From Mobula birostris (lineage: Eukaryota), in assembly GCF_030028105.1 (NCBI RefSeq), contig NC_092377.1, forward strand, positions 28,330,782-28,394,781: a stretch of DNA of 64,000 nt, in the 5' to 3' direction. Made by a program: the position numbers and the translations under genes. Below the pieces are notes generated by a model. The model did not search any database and had not been told where the DNA came from. It saw only the letters and a program-made list of their open reading frames with translations. This document shows, one piece after another, positions 52,385-64,000 of this stretch (position 1 is its first letter; the number at the start of each line of letters is the position of its first letter).

Positions 52385-53060
52385 CTAGAACATTTTTATT
52401 ACCATCACTTATTTTCCTTGGAGATGGTTGTGGTGAACAGCCTTTTTGAACCATTGCAGTCTCTAGGATGAAAGTATTCCTAAAATGTTGGGCAGGGAAC
52501 TGCAGGGTTTAGATCCAGTGATGATGTTCGACTGGCGATATGCACTATTTTTATTCAGGATGCAATATGGAAGGGAATCATCTCATCTTTTTTGGTGCTT
52601 AACATCATCTTTTTGGAAGTTACAGTCAGAGCAGCCTAGGCGCGCAAATGCAGTGCTTTTTGTTGATGACATACACTCCAGTCATTGGGTGCTGGTGGAG
52701 GAGGGAAGAAATGTTTAAAATAGCAGGTGGAGTGTCATTAAATAGGGCTGCCTTGTCCTGGATGTGTCAAGACTCTTTGAGACTCAGCCAAGCAGCTCTG
52801 GAGAATTCCATCACACTCCTGACTTGTGCATTGTCGATGGCTGTTAACATATGGGATGTTGGCAGGTGAGCTACTTGCCATAGAATAACCTGCCTCTGAC
52901 CTCCTCCTGTAGACCAGGTATTTATACGGTTAGCCCAGTTGAAATTCTGGTCAGTGATGACCAGGATTTGATAGTGGGGAACTCCAGTGAAGGCAGTGCC
53001 ATTCAAGAAGTGAAAGAAAACCCAGCACTGTCTAATAGATGGGTGTTCTTTAATCATACT
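52385..53060 (-). mobile_element. Ancient CR1/L2-group LINE (same family at ~10440-10526 on - and ~57930-58390 on +)
   Basis: AQVRSVME.S.AAW motif. Confidence 0.6.
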
Positions 53061-55587
53061 GGCCAAAAATAGTGATGTTTGGCCAATATCACAGTTTACA
53101 TTACTTAGAAGGGTTGGTAGCCAGAGACGAGGTTATTACATTCCTCTTATCTCTGGTTGTCCCTGGTACTCCTATATTGTATAATCTTAGAGCCTTAGAG
53201 ATATGCAGCATAATAATAGTTGTGCTTCGGCCCAATTTATTCATGCTGACTTGGGTGTCCTCCACCAACCCCATCCTTCCATTCTTCCATTCTTCCTTTT
53301 AGAAATAATAAGGGCATGAGCTTGAGAGAGCCTCAGCTCTCCCTGTGATTTACACTTCTGAGTTTTGGATGGAATGATGTCAGGTGATCAGCAGATTTTC
53401 TTCACCATCATGTATAATTAATGTTTTGTGTGAACCTACTGCCTGTGAGGTAGCTACAGGAATTTTAATTGTACCTGTACCCCACTGTACTTGTGCACAT
53501 GGCAATAAACATAGAACATTACAGCACAGTACAGGCCCTTCAGCCCATGATATTGCCCAACTTTTTAACATACTCTGAACTCAATCTAACATCTCCTACA
53601 GAGACCTCCATTTTTCTACTTAAGAGTCTCTTAAATGCCCGTAATGTATCTGTCTCTACCAACATCCCTCGCAGGGCAAAATCTGAGTTGATTTTCTTAT
53701 TCTGTGCATCAGTTAAAATTATAGTTATCAAATTGTTGCACTGAGCATGTGAGCACATGCACATATGCCTTTGGTGTAAGGAGACAGTCCTGGGTTCCTG
53801 GAGAATCCAGACTAAGATTAGCTTTTAAAGCAACAGTGTATGTAAGGATAGACTGTATTGATTGTGTTCTTTCTGTGCTCTTGCTGAAATCGGCTCTTGC
53901 TGAACTTAACTTTTGTTGACAACTTATTTTCACATTATCGCTCACAACTGCATGTTCTCTCATTTGTACTTAGCCTGCATGATTGGTGATTACAGCTGTT
54001 ATAGGAGGATTACAGATGCTGATCAGCATTGCTTCCCCTTGTACCTATGTACTCACGGCACGGATGCTGCAAATCCAGCCTGCACACTTCTCACTAATTA
54101 TCTTTCCAACTTCAGATCACCCCACTGGCCATTTATCTCTCTCAATAATAGAAAATGCTTCCTACTCCCTCTGCTCAGATTTTATTGCACCGTTCTGAAT
54201 ATTGGGGTAAGTCTTACTGTGTGAACTTGCTGCAACATAATTTCTCATGCCCCAGAATAAAATTTGAGTCATAATGATAACTTATTATTTTACATCCCAA
54301 GCCCACCAGTTAGATGAACTACTGCTGTCTAATCCCATTTGTACTGCTGGACAGCTCCATTATATATAATCTGCCCACACTTTTCCAATTCAAACTCCTG
54401 ACTGCAACCTCTCCAACCAACATACTCTACTAAAGCTGTTCACCAAATAACATTTAAAAAAATGGAACCATCTGTGCATTTATTCACACACACAGACAAC
54501 GCAACAATTTGACAATTTAATTTAATTTTATCTTAATGAGAAACACTGTGTTGGATGAAGGCGATAGGAATGAGAAGCATTATTATAAGATAAGTGGATC
54601 TTTGTGTGCATGTCTCTGTTCTTTGTCCATACTTGCTTTTTTATGCTTGCTATCATATGGATATCATCCTAATATGGGTTCAGCTGCATTAATTTATCCC
54701 AATGTGATAAAAAGTAAAACTGGGATGTTTTAACAGTTGGTAATTTTGCTAGTGATATTTTGGATAGAGGCACTGACTGCTTGTCTTAATGTGAGTTCTT
54801 CCTTGCTATTTCATGGGAACAAATTGCTGTGTAATGACTTTGATTGTGGGTTTCATATAGTGGTCGTGTCTCCTTGAAGGTAGTCGCCAAGGTTCCCTCA
54901 GATCTGCTGTCAAGATATGCACTGATAATGAAGTGGAGTTGGGCAGATGAAGGCTGTCACAAATAGAAGTTCCTTTTCTGATCAGAGTCTACTTCTGCCA
55001 GTAGCTCCGTTGTCTCCTGTGTAAGGAGAGCAGACTTGCCAATTACTCACTGAAATGGTATTTGTTTATTGGAAGCTTTCTTTATGCATAAACACTACAA
55101 TTATTTTTTTATGTGCATCAATTAAGGGAATTTGAGCCTTTCAATACTTTTGAGTTTCAAGACATTCTCTCTAATCTCTGTTTACCTACTTGGCAATTAG
55201 TTTCTCCATCTCCGAGAACAGCCAACTGAGAGGTCAAGGTACGCAGTGGCAATTATTTAGTGTGGACCATTAAAAGCTTTGTATGCAAAGTAAGTTTTCG
55301 GTGTTTAAAAATGAGTACTTAACAGACTGTTACAGCCTCAAGACATTCCTCATCTATTGGCACTTACTGCAGGATCCATATTCTCATGCAGCAGAATTTG
55401 GCAAGCTACCCAGCAGAATTCTCATGGCCCTAAATGCAAATAAATTACGCACACTGCCAAGTGGCAGCTGATGTGAAGTCATTGCTATAGTTTGGTCATT
55501 TTTGAAAACTTCCAGCTTGCTTTTTGCATGGTCGCTGTTGACCCAATTACGCAGGTTAAGGAAAGAGTACTCAGTTATTATTCATGC

Positions 55588-55853
55588 AAACATGAGGAAT
55601 TCTGCAGATGCTGGGAATTCAAGCAACATACATCAAAGTTGCAAAGTTGCTGGTGAACACAGCAGTCCAGGCAGCATCTCTAGGAAGAGGTACAGTCGAC
55701 GTTTCGGGCCGAGACCCTTCGTCAGGACTAACTGAAGGAAGAGCTAGTAAGAGACTTGAAAGTGGGAGGGGGAGGGGGAGATCCGAAAAGATAGGAGAAG
55801 ACAGGAGGGGAAGGGATGGAGCCAAGAGCTGGACAGGTGATTGGTAAAAGGGA
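55588..55853 (-). mobile_element. Penelope-derived pLTR fragment
   Basis: Collinear with 47344-47594. Confidence 0.88.
55694..55729 (-). ncRNA. Intact minimal type-I hammerhead ribozyme motif (Penelope type)
   Basis: Reverse complement AGTC-CTGACGA-A-GGGT-CTCG-GCCC-GAAA-CG-TC-GACT: full core, stem I AGUC/GACU, stem II, palindromic ACGU stem III, GUC cleavage triplet. Confidence 0.8.
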
Positions 55854-57104
55854 TATTACTGCCTTACATTTTCTTGGCAAATCCCAAAGTGTTTCGTAGC
55901 CAATGGGTTGAACAGTCACCACTGTTAGTCCACCTCAAAGCTGCACAGACTCAGTTAGATAAAGGATAGTACTTCTGTTTTTGGTGTTGTCTGAGCAAGT
56001 TGAGTTGGCTAGGGCACTGAGAAAATTCCTGTGCTTTTTTGAACACTAACTTACATTACACTACATCATGAGTACTTTGCTGATGTGGCAGGCTTGATTG
56101 TGTATTCACTCTCTGAATGATTCTGGGAACCAATACTTTCTATCCCATAGCCAGCTGTGAGCCAAGTTGACAATTTCTTTGTCAATAAATGGATTAGAAA
56201 TTACAAAACTGTAACAAATACAAATTAATAAAAATATTTTTAAATGACAAGATTACTTAGTAAGCATGGAGAAAACCCAGCAGCTTTATGAAGATTGTGA
56301 CTAGAGGCATCCTAATTGGCATTTGGAAGGGAATCTCCACAGAGGTTCTTCATTGTCCTTCTCGGTAAACTCTTCATGTCTTGACATCACTGCACACCTC
56401 TACTACCATTAAATTATACCACTCCCGATTTAATTACTACACCTTTGACAACTAAACCTTATGTTTATGCCCTAAGTTCAAGAATTTCCTTCTTTAAAAG
56501 GAAGTATGAAGGCAATGAACTGTGCATTTGACTAAACATGGAATTGCAGGTCTCACAGGATCCAGTACTGAACAATTGGGTGTATCAAGACTTGTTATCT
56601 GTGAATATAAAACTGTGTGCATTGGGATATATGGTATAAGAATAATGATGTTACCACATTGTAGAACAATGTAGTGTAAGATGGGAGTTGAGGACAGAGA
56701 TGGTAGGATGGAGATGAGCAAAATAACAATGTGTAGCCCAGAAAATTACTCATGTTGTGCCATATTGATTATGTTCTGCGATCAAAAACAAGAATCCAGA
56801 AGAACCTATTGCCGGTTCAATGGCAATGGCAAAGGATATCTTGAAGAAACTTAAGAGTGGAAGGTGAAAATCTAGTTTACATGGTTCATATTGAGCCAAG
56901 GTGCACCGAGGAGAAAGGGGCAGAAACTCGATGAAGGGCAGATTGGAAATTATAATCTAAATTAAAACAAGTCATTAAGGGTGGTTATTTACACGTTACA
57001 TCTAAATGGCACAATGATAGGCACCAGATACGATACAAAAACCTAAGACTTCATATTCATCAGCTCCTGACTCTATAAAACCACAAGGCACCAGTCAGGA
57101 GTCA

Positions 57105-57925
57105 TAGTCATACAGAATGGAAATAGGCCCTTTATTCAACTGATTCATGCCAGCCAAGATTCCTAACTAATATGGTCCCATTTTCCTGTGTTTGGATCAT
57201 GTGTCATTCCTTTCCTATCCAAGTATATTTTATATATTGTTAATGTACCTGCCAAAACCACTTCCTCTGGTAGCTCATTCCATATACTGACCACCCTGCT
57301 GAAAAGGTCACCCCATAGATTCTATTAAATTTCTCCTTTCTCGCCTTAAAATTGTGCCCTTCAATTCTTGATTACTCAACCCCAGGAAATAAGAATGTTT
57401 GCATTGACCCATCTATGCACCTCATGATTTTATAAATCTCATTCTTTTATGTTCCAATGTAAATAGTCCCAACCTGCTCAACCCTTCTCTTTAGCTCAGT
57501 TTCTCGAGTCCCAGCAACATCCCTGTAAATCTCCTTTGCACTCTTTCCAGCTTACTGGCATCTTTACTATATCAAGGTGACCGGAGCAGAACAAAATATT
57601 CTAAATATGACTTCACCAATGTCGTTGTACACCTGCAAAATAACATTCTAACTTATATACACAGTCTGATGAAGGTCAGCATACCAAAGCCTTCTCAACT
57701 ACCCTGTCTAACTGCAATGCCATTTTCAGGGAACCATGTGCTACTCTTAGATCTCTGGGGCCCTACTGATCACTGTGTATTTTTGTCTTTTCAATACTCA
57801 ACGCCTCATAATTATCTGAATTAAACTCTATTTTCCATTCTCATCCCATTTACCCAGCTGATCAAGATCTCCCTGTAAATCCTGTTAAGTATCTTTGCTG
57901 TCCACAACATCCACTATTTTTGCAA
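57105..57925 (-). mobile_element. Old CR1 3' region
   Basis: (CATAGT) tail and degenerate RT C-terminal motifs. Confidence 0.7.
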
Positions 57926-58419
57926 TCAGGAATACTTTCCTTGCAGCTGGATTAGTGCAGCTTCAGCAACACACTGGAAGCCTAACAGCATTCAGAGCAA
58001 AGCAGCTTGCTTAATTTTGTGCTCATTCAACGCTCTTAACATTAATCTTGCCCGTCACCAGCACATCATGAATACATCATGTGGCATACACAGGATTCAT
58101 TGCAGCAACTTATCAAGAGTCCTTCAAAAGTACCTCCTGCTCCTACATCATTCAACACCTAGAAGGATATACATGGAAATACCAGCACCCGCAGTTTCTC
58201 TTTATTTGGAAACAAATTCTGATTTGGAAATATATCATCTTTCCTCCAGCAGTAGAGATTCTTGCTTCACAGCACTGACGGTCTGCTTTCTCAAGAAGGA
58301 CAGTGAAAGAAAATGACCCCCCCCCCCACTTATTGAAGGGAAATTAGACAAAGTAATTAATACTGACCTTACAATCATTGTCTATACCCCATAATAGAAG
58401 AAAAAAATTATGCATTTTC

Positions 58420-59340
58420 TGAAGAAGGGAACAGAGGCATTTTTAAATATAGAAAATCATTAGAAAATGGAATTGGGCCGGAGGACTGGCTGGCATCAAA
58501 TCTGATTACCATACTTAAAAGTAGATTGAAGAAGTCGAGGGAACTATAGACCAATTAGCTTAATGTCAGTAGTAGAGATGATAACCAAATTCTTTCTCTA
58601 AGGCTTAATAGAAGAATGTCTAGAAGCTAAAAATATAATAAAGACTAGTCAGCATAGATTTCAAAAGAGGTCAGACTTGACTAACCTTATTGAATTCTTT
58701 GAGAAAGGGTAGGAAAGGGTAATGCAATAATTTATTTGATTTTTCAAAAGGTTTTTGGAAATAATAAACTTGTGGCTAGGGTCAGAGCTTGTAGAGTTAG
58801 AGACAAATAGTGAAATAGAGACCAAACTGACTGCAAAACATGGATGCAAATGAAGGGGAACCATTTAGACTGGTATAAGTTAGTAATTGGTGTTTTACAA
58901 GGACTAGAACTGCTATTGTAATATTTGCTATTTACCTAAGTTATTACAATTCGTAAATCACATCAGATTGGAGGATACAGGGAAGCAGAACTTAGCCTGT
59001 GGAGTGGGAGTGTAGTTGGGAAATGGTTCAGTGTGAATTGGTAGACTGATAAAGTAAGGAAACCATGCTTATCTCGACTAATTGTGAAAGGATGCAACAT
59101 TGTAAAACAGAAAACAATGATGCAGGTTAATAAGTGTACGAAGCCAAAAACCACGCTCAAATTCATTATTAAATAGATGTAATTAAAATGCAGAGAAGGA
59201 AAGCCTTTGTTTAGAACACAGTCTCATCTCTATTATAAAAAGGTTCTGGAAGATTTACAAAGGTGGAGAATTATACCTATCATAAGTGAATAACTGGATA
59301 ACTAAAATCCATAATTGAAAGATAATCATTAATAAATGCA
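58420..59340 (+). mobile_element. Very old CR1 RT fragment
   Basis: NYRPISLMSVV, SQHRF, LTNLIEFFE. Confidence 0.65.
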
Positions 59341-59540
59341 GAAGGGGAATGTCACCGTGAGCACTGGCAATGACTGAACCCAAGTGCGGAGAAATGGCAG
59401 TCCCCCATGAAGAGTCGGGAACAAGAGATTATACATTGGAATACCGACATTGGTGGCACTAGGGAGCAACACAGTGAGCCAAATCATTCTCAACACAATG
59501 ACCCCGTGATGAGTACTAAACAGTAGTCCACATTAAATAT

Positions 59541-60168
59541 TCATAGAACATGGAAAACATAGAAACATAGAAAATAGGTGCAGGAGTAGGCCATTCGGCC
59601 CTTCGAGCCTGCACCGCCATTCAGTATGATCATGGCTGATCATCCAACTCAGAACCCTGTACCAGCTTTCCCCCCATACCCCCTGATCCCTTTAGCCACA
59701 AGGGACGTATCTAACTCCCTCTTAAATATAGCCAATGAAATGGCCTCAACTGTTTCCTGTGGCAGGGAATTCCATAGATTCACCACTCTCTGTGTGAAGA
59801 AGTTTTTCCTAATCACGGTCCTAAAAGGCTTCCCCTTTATCCTCAAACTGTGACCCCTCGTTCTGGACTTCCCCAACATCGGGAACAATCTTCCTGCATC
59901 TAGCCTGTCCAATCCCTTTAGGATTTTATATGTTTCAATAAGATCCCCCCTCAATCTTCTAAATTCCAATGTGTATAAGCCTAGTCAATCCAGTCTTTCA
60001 TCATATCAAAGTCCCGCCATCCCAGGAATCGATCTGGTGAACCTTCTTTGTACTCCCTCTATGGCAAGGATGTCTTTCCTCAGATTAGGGGACCAAAACT
60101 GCACACAATACTCCAGATGTGGTCTCACCAAGGCCTTGTACAACTGCAGTAGTACCTCCCTGCTCCTG
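59541..60168 (-). mobile_element. Young 5'-truncated CR1, same subfamily as 3318-6435
   Basis: Nearly identical by eye to 3321-3927. Confidence 0.95.
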
Positions 60169-61514
60169 TGAAAGCACAAGGACTTAACAATTCTAGTTAC
60201 AACAATTGGTAAATAAAGGTGCTTGAGAGACCTAGTAGCCCAATGTTCTATGGCTTGCTGCAGAGACCCACAGTGTTTATAACAGTGAAGTTCCCAGGGG
60301 GTGGTTAGGACATGGAACATACTCCAATAACTAGCAACATAGGCAATGAAGAGATCCACATTAGGTAGAATCAAGCAAGAAATATTGGAATTTTATGCTA
60401 ATGTCATGAGATGAAGAAGGGTTTCAGAGCTCTTGTGTGGACTCGTTGGCTTGTTTTGTGCTGTTAATATGAAGTAATTTTCTGCTTTAAACTATCCGCA
60501 TTTTCAATTTTTTCTTTCCCCAAAAACCTACCTCATCGACTAAGCTTTTGATCATCTCTGCAATATTGCCTTAAATGATTCAATGTCATATTTAGTTTGA
60601 TATTCAAACTTGCAAAGCATTTTAAGATTTTTTTAAAAATTCTTGGTGTTCCATGTATGTAGCTTACTGTTTTTGCTACTGATATAATGGCAAACCAGTC
60701 ATGCTGGGTGAGGTCTTTCTAAATGATGCAGTGCAGACTATAATATAGAGAAATGGTTTAACATCTGTAATTTATCAAAAGGCTTATTCAAGGAAAAAGA
60801 CTAGAGGACTCCCATTAGGTAGGAGGAAAAGTTGGTGCTTGAGTTACAATAGATCATTGTGGCATATCACCCACTAGAAGATTTGTAGGCTGTGGAGACC
60901 TGCTCTAACATTTCTAAAAGAAAATCACCATTAATGATAATTTAAACACTTTCCATACTGGATTGAGGGAGGGGTAGTTTTTAACTTTTAATATTAAAGG
61001 CATGAGATATTTGGAAGGAACATGAGGATACATTTGCTATAACTCTACAATCACTTATTTTTATCAAATGGAACTTCAAGAAGGTAAACAAGATAAATAA
61101 GTTACATTTATATGAAGAAGCAATCAATAGAATTTACCAACCAAATTATAGCACCCAAAGGCATTACTAAGAATTAATGTATTAACAATTTTTCCAACCA
61201 CAATATACTATGAAGTTACTTTAGCATTAAAATGCAATAAATTATTTATCAAAGACTGTGCTGTAAGATGTAGACTGCTACAGTTATTCTTTGATTTATG
61301 AAAGGAATGTATTCCTGCAAAATGTTTCATTCAGTGAAATTTCATGAATCAGAAAGACCGAACAAAATGCATTTCAGGTATTTTTGTACAATATATTCCC
61401 ACATTCAGAAAGAGATAGAGTTTTCATTACAGCAAAAATAGTAAATCATAAGCCTGTGAATTAAACAGTCCAAGGCATTATAGTGGAAATATGTAACTTG
61501 AACATTTATAAATA

Positions 61515-62098
61515 GAGGGCCTCTGTTGGTCAGAGCTGACCATGGATATTGTGTCCTAGCTATCGAGATACATGAGCTTGGGCAGTACGATATGGAGAGC
61601 AAGCAGTTGTCCATGTAGCAAGCTCCCCCCTCTCCATGCATCTGATGAATCCAAAGGAACAGCAAAGACTGATACAGTTTGGTACCAGCAGAGTCAGATG
61701 AGTTGCCTGTCAGCATTGAACTCAAAGTAGAACTGCCTTAGGGACTCCAGCTCCGGATTTTTCCCTCTAGGTTTACTCCCGAAGCCTTCCTCATGAGTGG
61801 GTATAGCCGCAAGTCAGCGGAGAATTGAGATCAAAGTTTTCCTTCTCCCCAGTGAGCTGCCGGTCATGGCTGATGAGCTCCATCTGCCTGAAATGACTGG
61901 TTTTAAGGCTCCAGTAACCTGCTTTTGCCCCTTCTCCTGTGAGTAGATATGGTTCTGTTGGGTTTAGTAGCTAAGCCACATGCAAAGGCCAAGAGCTGGA
62001 CTTGGTTGTCAGAGGCTATTTGAGTCGCGCGCCATTGGGAGTATTTAATAGGTAGTGGGAGCCTGTCCCCATTATCACCCCTAGCTGTAACAACCTTT
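61515..62098 (-). mobile_element. Non-autonomous RTE derivative
   Basis: RTE 5'-region motif ggagaaggaaaact in reverse; left part homologous to the SINE tail at 21240-21410. Confidence 0.6.
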
Positions 62099-62734
62099 GT
62101 TATATTGTTCCAGAACTATTCAATGAATAAAAATTCCTTTATAAATCAATGAATTATTAGTCATTGAATAGTTTTGAAGCAATTATTTTTGAAGTTGGGC
62201 TTAAATATGAATTAGGTGATACAGAATCGAAGTTCTGAAAATGTGCCTTGTTGTACTAACTGTATTATACCTACTAGCAGCAACACAGCAGTCATTATCA
62301 TTGCTTTTGAATGTGTAAACTCAAATACATTCATGTGTTTCAATGTCCTAATTCAGCACAAAATTAATTTTTACAGAATCCCCATCTCAAATATATGTGA
62401 ATGTATTGTTCTAAATCATATAAAAGTCAGTATTTTGGTAGATCTCATACCCAATCAGTAAAATGGGATTAAGAAAAGAAATTCTGGAAATATTCAGCAA
62501 GTCAGGCAGCATCTGTGCAAAGACAAACTAGATTAGTGTCTCAAATCAATGATTTTCAGCAAAACTTTTATCTTGTGCTGGGCAGTAGGCCATGTAGAGG
62601 TCCTGGGAGCAGGAGAGAAAATAGATAACTATAAGAATAAATACCAGTCTTAGAAGGCAAGAATGCTTTATATTCAGTAGGAGGGAACAATGCATTGGCA
62701 TCGTCATTAATTGCTATTGTCAATGATACCATTA

Positions 62735-64000
62735 GAATTATAGAGTTGCACAGCACAAAATGAGTTCCTTAAACACCATGTTCATGCTGATTCTTTCCCA
62801 ATCTATGCTAATCTCATTTGCCCACATTGTGTCTGTATCCTTTAGTCTTGCCTACTTAAGTGCCATCTAAATGTCTCTTAAATTTAGTGATTGTATCTGA
62901 CTCCACCATCTCTTTCGGTAGCAAGCTCCAAATATCAATTGCTCTCCATGTGAAAAATCTTTTAAGATCGTAACATATAGGAGCAGTATTAGGCCATTTG
63001 GCCCATCGAGTCTTTCCTGCCATTTCATCATGGCTGATCCATTTCCCTATCAGCCCCAGTCTCCTGCCTTCTCTCCTTGTCTTTTTACGCTCTGACTAAT
63101 CAAGAAACTATCAATCTCTGCCTTTAATATACCCAATGACTAGGCCTCCACAGCCCCCTATGGCAATGAATTCCACAGATTCACAACTCTCTGGCTAAAG
63201 AAATTCTTCCTCATCTCCATTCTAAAAGGACTCCCTTTATTCTGAGACTGTGTCTCTGGTCTTTTCCCTCAAACCTCATTTAAAACTCCTTTCTCTCACT
63301 TAACTCAATACTCACTTGCCTTTGATATGCCTGCCGTGGGAAATAAAATCTATCTATGCCTCTTGCCAAAGGACTTCTGCTCTTTTGTCTTATGGTTTTA
63401 TGGTCTTATAATTTCATTTACCTCTATGAAGCCACTCCTCACCCTCCCTAGCTCTATGGAAAACAAGCCCAGTCTTTCCAATAAATCCTCATAACTGGAT
63501 TTTTTTTCAATTCAGGTACCATCCCTCTCTGCACTCCCTCAAGCACATCTATAATCTTACCTATAGTCTGGCAACCAGAATTGTACACAATAATCCAAGG
63601 GCTGTCTCACCAGTGCTTTGAAAATTTGCAGCATAATGACTCAACTTTTATATTCTGTGCTGATACCTATAAAGGCAAGCATGCTTATGCTTTCTTCATC
63701 ACCCTGTCAATCTGCATTGACACTTTCATGGAGCTATGGACTTAAACCTCGATTCCTCTACTTATCAACATTTCTTATCATCCTACCATTTACCTTAAAT
63801 GTCCAACTCCTTTTGGTCTTCCCAAAATGCATCGCCTCATGATGGTCAAGAAAAATTTCCATTTGCTAATGCTCTATCCAATTTTCTATCTGTTCTATAT
63901 CCTGCTATAGCTTTCGATAATCTTCTTCACTATCTACAGGCACACAGACGTCTGTGTCATCTGCAGATATACTAATCATACTTCCTACGTTCACGTTCAG
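62735..64000 (-). mobile_element. Old CR1 3' region with a second nested CR1 tail (~62970-63265)
   Basis: ggagcagtattaggccatttggcccatcgag tail; reverse ADD and CVQFWLP motifs. Confidence 0.7.

Noticed and set aside
59350-60311. Solo LTR (TGTC...GACA) split by the CR1
   Set aside because: Flanks gggaa/tggaa are not a clean TSD and there is no second copy to compare
2022-60374. Long ORFs in the track (RT, endonuclease, esterase, integrase, transposase) as host genes
   Set aside because: All lie in recognisable TEs with stops or frameshifts and lack exon-like splice context
61871-61900. CTGATGAG...GAAA as a hammerhead
   Set aside because: No pairing stem II or stem I; it is the antisense of an RTE 5' motif
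61925-62030. HDV-like ribozyme at the 5' end of the RTE derivative
   Set aside because: RTEs can carry these and a possible P2 pair (ctcttg/caggag) exists, but I could not build P1, P1.1 or P4 from this copy; it would need a consensus and a covariance search
51568-64000. Next MAM exon (ALK exon 4 equivalent), and exon 1 upstream
   Set aside because: No matching peptide or promoter-like CpG island recognised by eye; probably outside the window, though a divergent exon could have been missed

Overview
Vertebrate, almost certainly elasmobranch (shark/ray) genomic DNA: the repeat set (HE1-type V-SINEs, young CR1s, Penelope-derived short elements) is typical of batoid rays. The whole window appears to lie inside one + strand receptor tyrosine kinase gene of the ALK/LTK family. 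Only two coding exons are present: a 120-nt phase 1-1 exon at 26273-26392 matching ALK exon 2 (TWNxTWxxKD) and a 156-nt phase 1-1 exon at 51412-51567 encoding the start of the first MAM domain. They are separated by a 25,019-nt intron. The rest is intron, mostly decayed transposons: CR1, RTE, Rex1/Babar, Penelope, Tc1, Tigger, a Gypsy with PNMA-type gag, and SINEs. Nearly all ORFs in the supplied track are TE fragments or noise. The most interesting non-genic signals are (1) minimal type-I hammerhead ribozymes in Penelope-derived elements, where the only perfect copy is antisense to the host gene and the sense copies are mutated or deleted; (2) a strongly degenerate ~40-bp tandem repeat, co-oriented in several patches across ~19 kb of the upstream intron and older than the LINEs inserted into it; and (3) nested Tigger elements that resemble mammalian MER2/MER82. 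Family names come from recalled motifs, not database searches. Boundaries of old elements are approximate.
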